50,111 nucleotides of DNA, from the IMG/VR virus record IMGVR_UViG_3300009111_000004. One strand, written 5' to 3'. The notes under the pieces were generated by a model, which saw only the letters and a list, made by a program, of their open reading frames with translations, was not told where the DNA came from and searched no databases. Each line of letters opens with the position of its first letter. Positions within the stretch are counted from its first letter, which is position 1. The stretch comes from an uncultured virus (IMG/VR IMGVR_UViG_3300009111_000004) (taxonomy: Duplodnaviria > Heunggongvirae > Uroviricota > Caudoviricetes). Shown in pieces: positions 38,368-47,381 of this stretch. The position numbers and the translations under genes were made by a program.

Positions 38368-38530
38368 ATGTCGACTGCCTAACCTGGACAAATTTGGGTA
38401 CTATTAAAAATGTTACACGGTTTCATGTTGGTGATAAATTATTAATTAAAGAAGTTAATTTAATTCCATAGACAATAGTTTTTAGTTATTGGGTTGTGAA
38501 TATACCTGAGCTTGGTGGATCTTTAGTGAT
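38368..38530 (+). pseudogene. decayed GQIW-family gene
   Basis: MSTA*PGQIWVL, then frameshift to VGDKLLIKE. Confidence 0.7.
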
Positions 38531-38532
38531 TT

Positions 38533-38799
38533 ATGTGTGCCAGACTGGTGTCTCGACAAATTAAAATAGGTACTGTGTGGGAAATTCGCCATAGGGACCT
38601 TGGCAATGGTTGGATTATAGGCGATAAATTTGTGGTCATCAATACTAGACTAAGACGTAAGTTACGAGACTTTGTGTCATGTGGTAACTGGACTAAGCCA
38701 CATCAAATTAAAGAAACACTTGTTCAGCACTGTTTCAGTCACGACTATCTATATATAGAAGATATAGATATACAATCTACCTGTGTGATAGCAAAATAA
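38533..38799 (+). CDS. GQIW-family protein
   Basis: IGTVWEI...IGDKFVV...TCVI. Confidence 0.8.
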   Translation: MCARLVSRQIKIGTVWEIRHRDLGNGWIIGDKFVVINTRLRRKLRDFVSCGNWTKPHQIKETLVQHCFSHDYLYIEDIDIQSTCVIAK

Positions 38800-38804
38800 T
38801 TGTT

Positions 38805-39065
38805 GTGGTATCCGAGATGAGAACTACTACAGATAATAAAGACTTGGAGCCAGGACAAATCTGGGAGCTAGTACGAGAGGAATATACAGATCACGGCCTT
38901 AAATATTTTCTAAGGCCGCCTTATCGTATTGGAGACAAATTATTAATTATTGGTGATGCTACCGGAGATGTTAATAATGAAGTCTACTGCCTATGCCTAT
39001 TTTGGGGTAAACGTGACATAATTTATCGTCGCTGGCTTAAAATTATGGGGCGATTAATTGGTTAA
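38805..39065 (+). CDS. GQIW-family protein
   Basis: PGQIWEL...IGDKLLI. Confidence 0.8.
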   Translation: MVSEMRTTTDNKDLEPGQIWELVREEYTDHGLKYFLRPPYRIGDKLLIIGDATGDVNNEVYCLCLFWGKRDIIYRRWLKIMGRLIG

Positions 39066-39288
39066 GAAACCGAAAATTGAAGTGGGTCAGGTCTGGATTA
39101 CGGTTCGTACTCATTGGAGGAAATTCCATCTAACAGACGGACTAGGGATTGGGGATAAATTGTTAATAACTAAGGTCGGTAGTGATTGGAGAGAATGGAA
39201 TACATCTATAATATCATTCTCTAGTTGGGGTAAAGATCATCTAGTCGGTGCTGATTGGCTTTATATGTTGTGCGAATTAGTAGAATAA
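39058..39288 (+). CDS. GQIW-family protein
   Basis: VGQVWIT...IGDKLLI...LCELV. Confidence 0.8.
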   Translation: MVKKPKIEVGQVWITVRTHWRKFHLTDGLGIGDKLLITKVGSDWREWNTSIISFSSWGKDHLVGADWLYMLCELVE

Positions 39289-39519
39289 TTATTCAAGTTT
39301 TATGGCTTTAAGTATACTTGAATATTATAAATTTGTGTTGTAGTATGTACACCTACCCTTCCCATTAGATAAACATATATTCCACCTTAAAACTAACCTT
39401 AAAGTAAATGTTCTTTACTTTAATTATCATTATATAGGCATAACTACCATGGACCATAATGTGATTGACGTACATAGTAGCCCATTCAACAGATTTAACT
39501 CAGATGTATATCAAAACTA

Positions 39520-39750
39520 ACTAATACACATCAAGAGCTGATTAATTCGATTACTGTTGAAGTAGGTTCCGTATGGAGAGCAAAAGTAGATATATACATA
39601 TTGGCATAGGGGTTATTTATGCGTGCTCATAGTAAGATTCTAATTAACAGTAGCACTAGGGAACAGTTGATTTTGTTATTTACAATGGCGATAGATGTAT
39701 GACGTGGTCTGGTGAATTCACTACATTTTTCGAATTAGTTCAAGAATAAT
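39520..39750 (+). pseudogene. decayed paralog of 38082..38309
   Basis: EVGSVWRAKVDIYILA*GLFMRAHSKILI, frameshift, EFTTFFELVQE*. Confidence 0.7.
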
Positions 39751-39782
39751 AATTCGCAATTAGCATATTTAACATTATCTCA

Positions 39783-39798
39783 CGGCGAGCGGCTTGCA
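39783..39798 (+). promoter_or_regulatory. sigma54-type promoter motif
   Basis: CGGCGAGCGGCTTGCA. Confidence 0.7.
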
Positions 39799-39861
39799 AG
39801 GAACCAGCGCGCGGGCGGACCCGCAAGATTCTAATCAGATCTGCATTTGGAGGAATCTAAC

Positions 39862-40617
39862 ATGGGTGATTCTGCTGCGTGGTATCGGTTTACAGGGTTG
39901 CAACTGGATGAGTTGCCGGACTCAAGCTGTCGTACTGACTCGATATGGGGTACTAATGATAACGAAGATGCTGTATCAGGAGATATTCTAACCATCGACG
40001 GGACGGAATTCGTGATGATCTCCTCCCCGATGGGTGAGGAGCCTAACTACCTCTTCCTCAGGAACAATCGTTCCTTCACCTTCTTCGCATACAGTCGGTG
40101 GGGTGATCATAGTGAAGGCGGATACGAGTTTGATGTATTCCTCGACCCATTTCGCCCTGAGGAACAAGAGCTGGCCAACCAGCGCGACGCCAAGATCCTA
40201 AAAATCGCACAAGACAAGTTTGGTGGGACAATCAAGATCGTCGAGGGATGGTTCGATTCTCTCACAGATGGCAGTGAGGGCGAAGAGGCGGCCTTCCACA
40301 CAATCCGTGGCGGGATCGAACTCGACTTGAAGACCATTGCTAATGAGGCGCAGATCGTCGCCATAGATGAGGCGTGGAATGCCTTGTGGGATCCAGCCGC
40401 AAAAGAAGACTCGGAGAAAGGCCCATTCTACTTGCTCCGCCGAGCTATACCTCGTCCAGATCCGGATGCCCCATGGATCTGCGTGTCCTGTTTTAATCCG
40501 GCTGTCGGTGGGTTCGGCCAATATGATCGATACTGTGAGCACTGCAAGAAAAATGTGGCCGCGTTCCGGACGGATCTATGGATTGACCACCCACCGGTAG
40601 CTCACAATAAAGGATGA
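39862..40617 (+). CDS. acidic hypothetical protein with C-terminal zinc ribbon
   Basis: GGAGG SD; CVSC...CEHC. Confidence 0.85.
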   Translation: MGDSAAWYRFTGLQLDELPDSSCRTDSIWGTNDNEDAVSGDILTIDGTEFVMISSPMGEEPNYLFLRNNRSFTFFAYSRWGDHSEGGYEFDVFLDPFRPEEQELANQRDAKILKIAQDKFGGTIKIVEGWFDSLTDGSEGEEAAFHTIRGGIELDLKTIANEAQIVAIDEAWNALWDPAAKEDSEKGPFYLLRRAIPRPDPDAPWICVSCFNPAVGGFGQYDRYCEHCKKNVAAFRTDLWIDHPPVAHNKG

Positions 40618-40681
40618 TTAGATCATCACGGATGGGCACTATCATCTTCGTATATTGCGGACTCAGTCACCACCAGCATGA

Positions 40682-41032
40682 ATGATCACTAACACTGGAG
40701 ACTTTCCGATGACCCTCCAAGAATTGTTGGATATGTGCCGTCGTCATCCTAACCATGAGATCTACATCATGGTTGGTGCGCAAAATAAAGACGATCGAAT
40801 GACAGTTAAGCGAAAGATCGGGCACTGGATAGAACTTGGTCAGATTCAAGATGCTGGGATAGCTGCCACAGATGACCTGATTCAGTCTTTGGAAGAGGTG
40901 CACATTCGCGGAAAGGACGGCGGATCGCTGTGTGGTAGCGTCGGGCTCCCAACTGTCTCACGTTCGATGGCGTTCAGTTATCTTGAACAGCGCCGTCAAG
41001 TGTGTGTTGAATGTCGTGCACTAGACTACTAA
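40682..41032 (+). CDS. hypothetical protein
   Basis: H...SLCG...CVEC possible metal site. Confidence 0.7.
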   Translation: MITNTGDFPMTLQELLDMCRRHPNHEIYIMVGAQNKDDRMTVKRKIGHWIELGQIQDAGIAATDDLIQSLEEVHIRGKDGGSLCGSVGLPTVSRSMAFSYLEQRRQVCVECRALDY

Positions 41033-41036
41033 GTCT

Positions 41037-41387
41037 ATGGGTGAAAATATTCCAAGATGGTGTGGCCCACGCGGCGGTCGGAGAACATCGCTAGTATCGG
41101 AACATCTGCGTCACCCAGCTATTGGCCAACTGTGGGAGGCTAATCAGGATCTTGATGAGTGTGGTAATGGAGTTATACTTTACCCGATTATATTCTCTGG
41201 AGAAAAAGTTATAATCTTACGTGCCCCAATGGATACTAAAAAGTTTGAGCATGACTATAGGTATGAGTATTACTCACTCGATTTTCAAACCCTAGATGGG
41301 CGCATCTACAGGATCTATTACGATCAGTTCCACCAAGCATTCGAATTTATAGATGACTGCTACGAATCACGGCCATGTCGGACTTAA
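41037..41387 (+). CDS. GQIW-family protein (type A; paralog of 41651..41986)
   Basis: IGQLWEANQDL...GEKVIILR...RIYYDQFHQAFEFI. Confidence 0.8.
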   Translation: MGENIPRWCGPRGGRRTSLVSEHLRHPAIGQLWEANQDLDECGNGVILYPIIFSGEKVIILRAPMDTKKFEHDYRYEYYSLDFQTLDGRIYRIYYDQFHQAFEFIDDCYESRPCRT

Positions 41388-41644
41388 CAGCACTCAGCCC
41401 AATGACTAAACCGATTGAAATAGGTTCGGTATGGTCCCGTAAAGATTTCCCTCACCTCCGCCAATACCTTTACATATCTAAATCTCCTTATCAGGTTATG
41501 GTAGGAGATAAAGTAATTATTGAGACAACAGTGTGTGATCTAGGAACCCTAAAGATTATTTACTTTACTACGCCCAGGGGAATCTCATTATCCTTAAATG
41601 AACTTAATTTTAGACGGTTCTTTGAGCCCGTGGTAGAGCCCTGA
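41375..41644 (+). CDS. GQIW-family protein (type B; paralog of 42010..42261)
   Basis: IGSVWS...GDKVII...IIYFTTPRG. Confidence 0.8.
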   Translation: MSDLTALSPMTKPIEIGSVWSRKDFPHLRQYLYISKSPYQVMVGDKVIIETTVCDLGTLKIIYFTTPRGISLSLNELNFRRFFEPVVEP

Positions 41645-41650
41645 CCCTCG

Positions 41651-41986
41651 ATGAATGACCACATTTTTGAATGGTGTTGGCCGACACAAAAGATTTCCTC
41701 GGAGTCGGTGAATCGGTATATAACGCCGAGGATAGGTCAACTTTGGAGAGCTAACCAGGATCTTCGTGATAGAGATCGGGTTTCGCGTAGTACTGCAACA
41801 GTGCTACCCACCTATACTCTTCAGCATACACGATTCATAGAAATCAAGGCCGGTGAGAAAGTTTTAATATTGCGCACCCCCTCTCTGTGTGGAGCACGGT
41901 CATTAGACTTCCTAACACTAGATCATCGTTATTTCCGAATCTATTACGATCATTTCTGTCAAGCATTCGAGTTCATAGCTGATTAG
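41651..41986 (+). CDS. GQIW-family protein (type A')
   Basis: IGQLWRANQDL...GEKVLILR...RIYYDHFCQAFEFI. Confidence 0.8.
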   Translation: MNDHIFEWCWPTQKISSESVNRYITPRIGQLWRANQDLRDRDRVSRSTATVLPTYTLQHTRFIEIKAGEKVLILRTPSLCGARSLDFLTLDHRYFRIYYDHFCQAFEFIAD

Positions 41987-42009
41987 ATTAAGGATAGCGG
42001 ATTCGCTGC

Positions 42010-42261
42010 ATGACTTTGATAGAAGTAGGTTCGGTATGGTGCTGCCCATTAGAGACGATTGTAGGATCATTTTGGGTTACCAATCTTGATTCTTTTGATT
42101 TCTTTAAGTACCCAATTACCGAAGGCGAGAAAGTAATTGTAACTGGAACTGAAATGGATTCAGCAAAGCTTATGATTATTTACTTTACTACGCCACAAGG
42201 GACAGCACTAGCTGCTTACGAGCGTGAATTTAGGCAAATTTTTAAATTAGCAGTAGAATAA
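42010..42261 (+). CDS. GQIW-family protein (type B')
   Basis: VGSVWC...GEKVIV...IIYFTTPQG. Confidence 0.8.
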   Translation: MTLIEVGSVWCCPLETIVGSFWVTNLDSFDFFKYPITEGEKVIVTGTEMDSAKLMIIYFTTPQGTALAAYEREFRQIFKLAVE

Positions 42262-42311
42262 GAAGGAAATCACCGTGAGTAATAGACACTTAGAACTCTT
42301 AGTAAGATGAC

Positions 42312-42383
42312 AAGCCGATGTATTAAACTAAGCCGATGTATTAAACTAAGCCGATGTACTAAACTAAGCCGATGTACTAAACT
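42312..42383. repeat. 18-bp tandem repeat x4
   Basis: aagccgatgtaYtaaact x4, followed by aagtttatctattt x2. Confidence 0.9.
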
Positions 42384-42580
42384 AACGAACCGTCAGTACT
42401 CCTCTCCTTCTTATTAAGTTTATCTATTTGCTGTGCTTCAAGTTTATCTATTTCGTCTATATTAAAGTATAGTTTATTCGCGTGTCCGTCATCCCCCGGA
42501 TCAGCAGTAATCAGCGGGAGCGGGGATCGATCCATGGGAGAGGTAGTATAGGCGCTCATAATACCTTCATAGCGTGGCCT

Positions 42581-42596
42581 CGGCGCGCGGCTTGCA
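42581..42596 (+). promoter_or_regulatory. sigma54-type promoter motif
   Basis: CGGCGCGCGGCTTGCA. Confidence 0.7.
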
Positions 42597-42632
42597 TTGA
42601 GGGGGTGACGCGCCGCGCCGAAAGGAGACGTC

Positions 42633-42869
42633 GTGAAGGCTTGGGAAACAGAGTCGTTGTTTCCAGATGGTGAGACCCACCGGTCGATCCGCCTCACTCT
42701 CTTGGATGCAGCAGTGATTCGAGTAGAGGTCCTGGAAGGTCCACCTCTTGGGGATTTGCAGGAGTTGGTTCCCGTGGGTGCGTATAACCCAGAGGCTGAT
42801 ATTTCCACTTGGCAGGAGTATATCGCACACGAGTGGCGATTTCTCCAGGGCACGGTCGGGGAGAGTTGA
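42633..42869 (+). CDS. hypothetical protein
   Basis: AAGGAG SD + GTG. Confidence 0.8.
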   Translation: MKAWETESLFPDGETHRSIRLTLLDAAVIRVEVLEGPPLGDLQELVPVGAYNPEADISTWQEYIAHEWRFLQGTVGES

Positions 42870-42883
42870 CTAAGATATTCGGG

Positions 42884-42899
42884 CGGCGCGGCGCTTGCA
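42884..42899 (+). promoter_or_regulatory. sigma54-type promoter motif
   Basis: CGGCGCGGCGCTTGCA. Confidence 0.7.
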
Positions 42900-42948
42900 G
42901 TGCCCCCCTTGCGGCGGGCCCGTGGCCCTAATTGCAAAGGAGATAGCA

Positions 42949-43177
42949 ATGGAGAAGGAAATTCTGAAGAGCATTATTTTCGAACTCAAGGAGTGCACCA
43001 CTCAAGGAGTGCACCACTCAAGGAAGTGAGTGGTTCGTCAACGACGAAGAAGGGGTAGAGCAATCCGTCGAGGTTGTGGAGACAGGTCCCGATACCGTCA
43101 CCATCCAATACTTTACTGGTTTCAAAGACCAGGAAGTGCGTCGCACCTTCCGGGTGTCCATCACCGAAGTCAAATAG
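42949..43177 (+). pseudogene. paralog of 43189..43437 frameshifted by a 16-bp tandem duplication
   Basis: actcaaggagtgcacc x2 at 42984-43015; collapsing it restores a 70-aa ORF. Confidence 0.85.
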
Positions 43178-43188
43178 AGGTACCCCAA

Positions 43189-43437
43189 ATGAAGAACAGA
43201 ATCCTGACTGACATTCTTGCAGGGCTCAAGCCCGACGGTGGTAGCGAGGAAGAGTGGCTCGTTCAGGATGAAGATGGACATGAGCAATCCATCTGTGTCG
43301 TGGAGACTGGGCTCGACACCTTCACCATCGAGTATTACCCAAACGTCAGCCCTAACACCGACACTGTCGAATACCGTGCTGGTGTGGTCAATCCTTGCCG
43401 GCGGACCTTCCAAGTGACCCTCACCGAAGTCAACTAG
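43189..43437 (+). CDS. acidic hypothetical protein
   Basis: MKNRIL...EWLVQDEDGHEQS...RRTFQVTLTEVN; GAGG SD. Confidence 0.8.
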   Translation: MKNRILTDILAGLKPDGGSEEEWLVQDEDGHEQSICVVETGLDTFTIEYYPNVSPNTDTVEYRAGVVNPCRRTFQVTLTEVN

Positions 43438-43448
43438 GATTTAACACC

Positions 43449-43601
43449 ATGACCATCATCAAGCGTAATCCAGATCGTACTGAGCATGACGACTTCATCC
43501 TGAATGTCCAGCCTCACATGGGTGAACAGGACGGGGCGACCCCAATCTACAACGCTGATGGGGTGGTCGTGGCCTGGCAGATCAAGCCCATGTTCGAGTA
43601 G
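43449..43601 (+). CDS. small hypothetical protein
   Basis: start MTIIKR inferred. Confidence 0.6.
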   Translation: MTIIKRNPDRTEHDDFILNVQPHMGEQDGATPIYNADGVVVAWQIKPMFE

Positions 43602-43609
43602 TCAGCCAG

Positions 43610-43625
43610 CGGCACGCGGCTTGCA
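43610..43625 (+). promoter_or_regulatory. sigma54-type promoter motif (near consensus)
   Basis: CGGCACGCGGCTTGCA. Confidence 0.75.
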
Positions 43626-43961
43626 TCTTGATCCCCGGCGCCAGGCGGAGGGGCGGTTGTTCCGTCATAATTCCCGATCCAAGGGAATACGCCACATGAA
43701 AAGACCAGACACTGACCATTTCTGGTGGGTGAAGAGGGTCGGGGGCCATGTCCTAGTGGTTGAGGTCAGTTAATTTAGAACCAAGAACTCGGACCTTGAA
43801 AGTAATCTAGGTCCAGTGTAGCACGGTAGTTCACAACATAATAGTGTAGTCCTAACAAATCCAAATAGAGGACCGTCTGCGGTCCTCATTGCTATACGGA
43901 GCACCCCCAGGGGCGTACACTGAGTCCCCCTGGGGGTCTCAACTTTCTCAATACCGTTTCG

Positions 43962-43977
43962 CGGCGCGCCGCTTGCA
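43962..43977 (+). promoter_or_regulatory. sigma54-type motif pointing into the non-coding parS region
   Basis: CGGCGCGCCGCTTGCA. Confidence 0.65.
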
Positions 43978-44123
43978 TTTGAGATCGCGGCCCGTCGGGC
44001 GGGCGGGTAGCCCGGATCTCTTCTACCAGCATCTTGTTGGTAGCAAGATAATCTAATAATGGAGGATTACGCCAATGCCCTAGTATGAACCCCTGCGGGG
44101 GAGTGAACATTTAAAACCAACTT

Positions 44124-44280
44124 GGGCCTCGGGTGAGTTCTCCCCGAGGCCCATTTATATTTGAGTGTTCCACGTGGAACACTCTATTTACTCTGAATAC
44201 GGTTCCTCGTCGGAACAAGGACGTACCGGGAGTCAAGTAAATAAATACAGCTTCGCCTCGGGGAGAACTCACCCGAGGCG
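44124..44280. repeat. 25-bp inverted repeat pair, each arm a hairpin, bracketing parS
   Basis: gcctcgggtgagttctccccgaggc ... gcctcggggagaactcacccgaggc. Confidence 0.9.
44166..44181. other. parS: parS centromere-like site
   Basis: TGTTCCACGTGGAACA matches the bacterial parS consensus TGTTNCACGTGNAACA; palindrome extends 44163-44184. Confidence 0.8.
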
Positions 44281-44307
44281 CGAAAATGCCAACTTTCGGA
44301 TTTTGCG

Positions 44308-44529
44308 TTACTTGATTACTATGTTGACTTGTTCTATCATCAGGATCTCCGTGATAGCGGCCTGAACCTCCTTGTAGAGGTAGCTAACATGGGGTTGCTC
44401 GCTCTTGGCCCCTAGCTCGGCCAGGGTCTCCAATGCCAACTGGAGTGATTGAGCTGCCTCCAGTGCATTGGTCTTACCCCCATCAGCGACCATACACACC
44501 AGTGACTTCTTGATGCCTTTCCCGCTCAT
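44308..44529 (-). CDS. hypothetical protein, paralog of 44555..44938
   Basis: GIKKSLV...LQLALETLAELG...EVQAAI. Confidence 0.8.
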   Translation of the reverse strand: MSGKGIKKSLVCMVADGGKTNALEAAQSLQLALETLAELGAKSEQPHVSYLYKEVQAAITEILMIEQVNIVIK

Positions 44530-44554
44530 GTGTTGCTCCTTTACAATACTACCA

Positions 44555-44938
44555 CTACTCGGCCACGATTTCGGTCGAGTAGACGCTCCCAGAGGGTAGC
44601 TGCATCAGTTTGCTGGTCGAGATCACCGACAGTCCGCCGCAGCCAGCACAGGAGATCTCGATGAACGCATTACCCATCACACAGCCGGCCGAGCAGATGC
44701 ACCGTCCGCAGCGACCACAGACGATGGAGTCTAGTGTCGGGCCCTTGTCCAGAAGCTCCATGATGGCTGCCTGTACCTCCCCCTGAAGGAGCCCGACAAG
44801 TCGCTGTTGCTCAGTAGTTCCAATTTCAGCCAAGGTTCCCAACGCCACCTGTAGCTTCTGAGCCTCGGCCAGAGCAGTGACTCTCCCTTCACGCTCGGCG
44901 TGGTCCACCAGTGACTTCTTGATGCCTTCGTCGTCCAT
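44555..44938 (-). CDS. hypothetical protein with added C-terminal zinc ribbon
   Basis: GIKKSLV...EVQAAI + CGRC...CAGC. Confidence 0.8.
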   Translation of the reverse strand: MDDEGIKKSLVDHAEREGRVTALAEAQKLQVALGTLAEIGTTEQQRLVGLLQGEVQAAIMELLDKGPTLDSIVCGRCGRCICSAGCVMGNAFIEISCAGCGGLSVISTSKLMQLPSGSVYSTEIVAE

Positions 44939-44964
44939 TATTAGCCCTCCTCAGTCATTCTGAT

Positions 44965-45195
44965 TTATGTGCACAACGCTTCTTCCATTTCGATAGCCCA
45001 TTCTACTGCAGTTTCAGGGTCAGTGATCTCGACCATTTCTAGTGCCACCACCAACGCTGTTGCCTCCCAACATTCATCAATGATAGAACCGGTGCCCTTT
45101 CCCACTTTTGGGTTGCCCCGGATAGCTACTACTCGTGGATCTTGACCGGCCAACACGGTATTCCAGAACAACGCTACCATTTCATCCTTGGTCAT
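44965..45195 (-). CDS. hypothetical protein
   Basis: ORF track. Confidence 0.7.
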   Translation of the reverse strand: MTKDEMVALFWNTVLAGQDPRVVAIRGNPKVGKGTGSIIDECWEATALVVALEMVEITDPETAVEWAIEMEEALCT

Positions 45196-45204
45196 GGTGT
45201 TTTC

Positions 45205-45426
45205 CTATCTATCAATTACCACCATACGAATCTCGGTAGGAATGAGATACCAGCGTGCCCATGCACGCTGGCGCAGTCGTCGTTCCCGTGCGCTTAAAGC
45301 ATAGCGATTGGCCACATCAAAACAGAGTGTGGCACGACGCAGAGTGGTCGGAATCACCGGACGTTTACCGCGTTCTCCACGAATAGTGCGGTCGTAAATC
45401 TCTTCCAGGAGCGGATCGGCAGCCAT
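45205..45426 (-). CDS. Arg-rich hypothetical protein
   Basis: ORF track. Confidence 0.65.
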   Translation of the reverse strand: MAADPLLEEIYDRTIRGERGKRPVIPTTLRRATLCFDVANRYALSARERRLRQRAWARWYLIPTEIRMVVIDR

Positions 45427-45429
45427 AGC

Positions 45430-45645
45430 TTATTTCTCGGAACCAGAGCCGTTGGCCATTTTCTCCAGGGCAGCAATTGCAGCTGAGAGGGCGCTAGATT
45501 TATACTTTAGCGCCCTCATTGTTTCTGGAAGGACATTTTCCCGAGTAGCCGTGGACTTTTTGTGTTCAATATCCAACAACATTGTACGCAATACCACCAC
45601 ATGTTGTTGGCTATTAGTCATGAGAAGCAGAGCTGCTGTGATCAT
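45430..45645 (-). CDS. hypothetical protein
   Basis: ORF track. Confidence 0.65.
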   Translation of the reverse strand: MITAALLLMTNSQQHVVVLRTMLLDIEHKKSTATRENVLPETMRALKYKSSALSAAIAALEKMANGSGSEK

Positions 45646-45877
45646 CGATGTTTAGGAAGCGAAGGGCATGTGTCTTCGTGGTCCTTATCTCTCGGAACCA
45701 GAGCCATCGCTGGTCTTCGGATTCTTGTCGCTCTGCCTCGGGGACCTCATGCCAAAGTAGGGCATTGTAGCATCTGGCCATTTGCCGTCGAGTCTCTGGG
45801 CTAATCTTGCCCTCGACAACATCCACGTAGTGTTCTGCCCGAGCCCCATCTTCCAATGTTACCACAGTTACGAGCAT
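45614..45877 (-). CDS. hypothetical protein
   Basis: ORF track. Confidence 0.7.
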   Translation of the reverse strand: MLVTVVTLEDGARAEHYVDVVEGKISPETRRQMARCYNALLWHEVPEAERQESEDQRWLWFREIRTTKTHALRFLNIDDHSSSASHD

Positions 45878-45896
45878 GATATCACCCTTACCCTTT

Positions 45897-46265
45897 TTAA
45901 GGTTTTTGTGCCCTGGTCCCGATGTAGTGCCTCATGAGGCAGTCCCGTGGATTTCCGTCCCCATTGCAGAGGGCGCCATCGAAGAGGTGACGTGCCCCTA
46001 CGGTCTCATCTTGGGTCTGCTGCCACATGTGCTTCATGTCCATGAGGTATTGTTCCAACTCATGAATCTTACTAGAGGTGACGATCTGCCAGATATTATC
46101 ATCACTACTCCAGTATTCTCCATCCTCTTCGAGTTTGCGCTTGATCCACACTGGAGGTTCGTGATCCTTGGCCCGGATCACTTTGATCAGATCCAGCATC
46201 GAAGGGTAGGTCTGCAGCGTAGGTGGATTGTGACCATCCCGATATTCGACGACGATGGGTGCCAT
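45897..46265 (-). CDS. hypothetical protein
   Basis: AGGAGG SD. Confidence 0.8.
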   Translation of the reverse strand: MAPIVVEYRDGHNPPTLQTYPSMLDLIKVIRAKDHEPPVWIKRKLEEDGEYWSSDDNIWQIVTSSKIHELEQYLMDMKHMWQQTQDETVGARHLFDGALCNGDGNPRDCLMRHYIGTRAQKP

Positions 46266-46297
46266 AACTTCACCTCCTAGCCTCTCGTGACGATGAT

Positions 46298-46549
46298 TTA
46301 TTCCACAACCTTGACGATGTAACCAATATCGTATGGAGTGACGTTAGTGCTGTTTTCTATGGGGTCCACGGGGATGCCGACCACTATGGAGCAGTGCGGG
46401 GCCAAGGAGTTCGGCTCAATATAGATTGTGTCCTTCACCCCAATCTTCTGGATTGCTTCCAATGGGGTGGCTGCTTTGATCTCCATTACCCCACCAGGGA
46501 TAAGTGGATTGGGGACAGACAGGGGATTGATGATCGCGAACAGCGCCAT
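46298..46549 (-). CDS. hypothetical protein
   Basis: GGAG SD. Confidence 0.75.
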   Translation of the reverse strand: MALFAIINPLSVPNPLIPGGVMEIKAATPLEAIQKIGVKDTIYIEPNSLAPHCSIVVGIPVDPIENSTNVTPYDIGYIVKVVE

Positions 46550-46601
46550 GATTATGATCTCCGTTCTTCTTAGCGGAAAAGTTTATACCCCACGAATGAT
46601 C

Positions 46602-46973
46602 TTACAGGGTGCTGACCGTGTCCGGCGTGCAGAACCCGTTCTCCGGGTCGTTTGCGGGGTAGTGGGGCCTTTGCGGATCATTGAGGTGAGTGCCGCACCG
46701 GGGGCAAGCCGGGATGGCGTTGTTGACGTGCTGGGCGAGCACGGTGTGGAATTTTAGATAGAGATCGAAATGCTCCTTCAGGGTCGGCGGTTTCTTACCA
46801 AAGGACCTTCGTCCCCTGATGAGATTGGTGCAGATCAATTCGATCGTTACGCCCTTCATTGATGGGAGTTTCTTAGCACGCTCTCGGAAACGGTAGGCGG
46901 TGTTATACGATCCGAAGGTGAAGATTCGGCCAGGAGTGATCACTGTGTGGATGGCGACCGATTTCTTTTTCAA
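46602..46973 (-). CDS. hypothetical protein (cassette after repeat R1)
   Basis: TTG start directly after the repeat; CPRC. Confidence 0.7.
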   Translation of the reverse strand: MKKKSVAIHTVITPGRIFTFGSYNTAYRFRERAKKLPSMKGVTIELICTNLIRGRRSFGKKPPTLKEHFDLYLKFHTVLAQHVNNAIPACPRCGTHLNDPQRPHYPANDPENGFCTPDTVSTL

Positions 46974-47057
46974 GATCTATCCCTGACTCCTCCCCGAGGA
47001 GATCTCGGGGAAGCGACCAGAGAGGGGAGGTGCCGCGGCACCTCCCCGAAACCAAGG

Positions 47058-47073
47058 TGCAAGCCGCAAGCCG
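47058..47073 (-). promoter_or_regulatory. sigma54-type motif upstream of R1
   Basis: CGGCTTGCGGCTTGCA. Confidence 0.65.
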
Positions 47074-47090
47074 GGCCAGCTACTGAGATG

Positions 47091-47381
47091 TCAGCACTGG
47101 CAGGAGCCAGGACCACAAATCCCAGCACCGTGATCCGGCAATTCCTCCGTCCGGATCACCACCTTGGGAGAAGAACCGACGTTGAACCAGTGCCGGTCCG
47201 GGATCCCGTACTTCTTGGTGTACTCGAAGGCTGCCAGAAGACCGGGAGCGACGCTGTGTGCGTCATTCGGATCGATCTTGATGAATTCGACCTTCCCAGG
47301 GATCCTCTCGGTGGGTGACGGATTGGCATCGTAGCCGACGACCCTGGTCCAGGATTGCACTTTGAAAGTAGGCACGTTCAA
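47091..47381 (-). CDS. hypothetical protein (cassette after R2)
   Basis: GGAGCGAA + TTG. Confidence 0.75.
   Translation of the reverse strand: MNVPTFKVQSWTRVVGYDANPSPTERIPGKVEFIKIDPNDAHSVAPGLLAAFEYTKKYGIPDRHWFNVGSSPKVVIRTEELPDHGAGICGPGSCQC

Noticed and set aside
42312..42383. CRISPR array
   Set aside because: The repeats are directly adjacent with no spacers.
44165..44365. ORF starting MFHVEH
   Set aside because: MFHVEH is just the translation of the parS palindrome; no SD, and it crosses the inverted repeat.
45435..45704. 16-bp direct repeat tctcggaaccagagcc in adjacent genes
   Set aside because: Only two copies, in different reading frames, with nothing mobile between them; cannot support a function.
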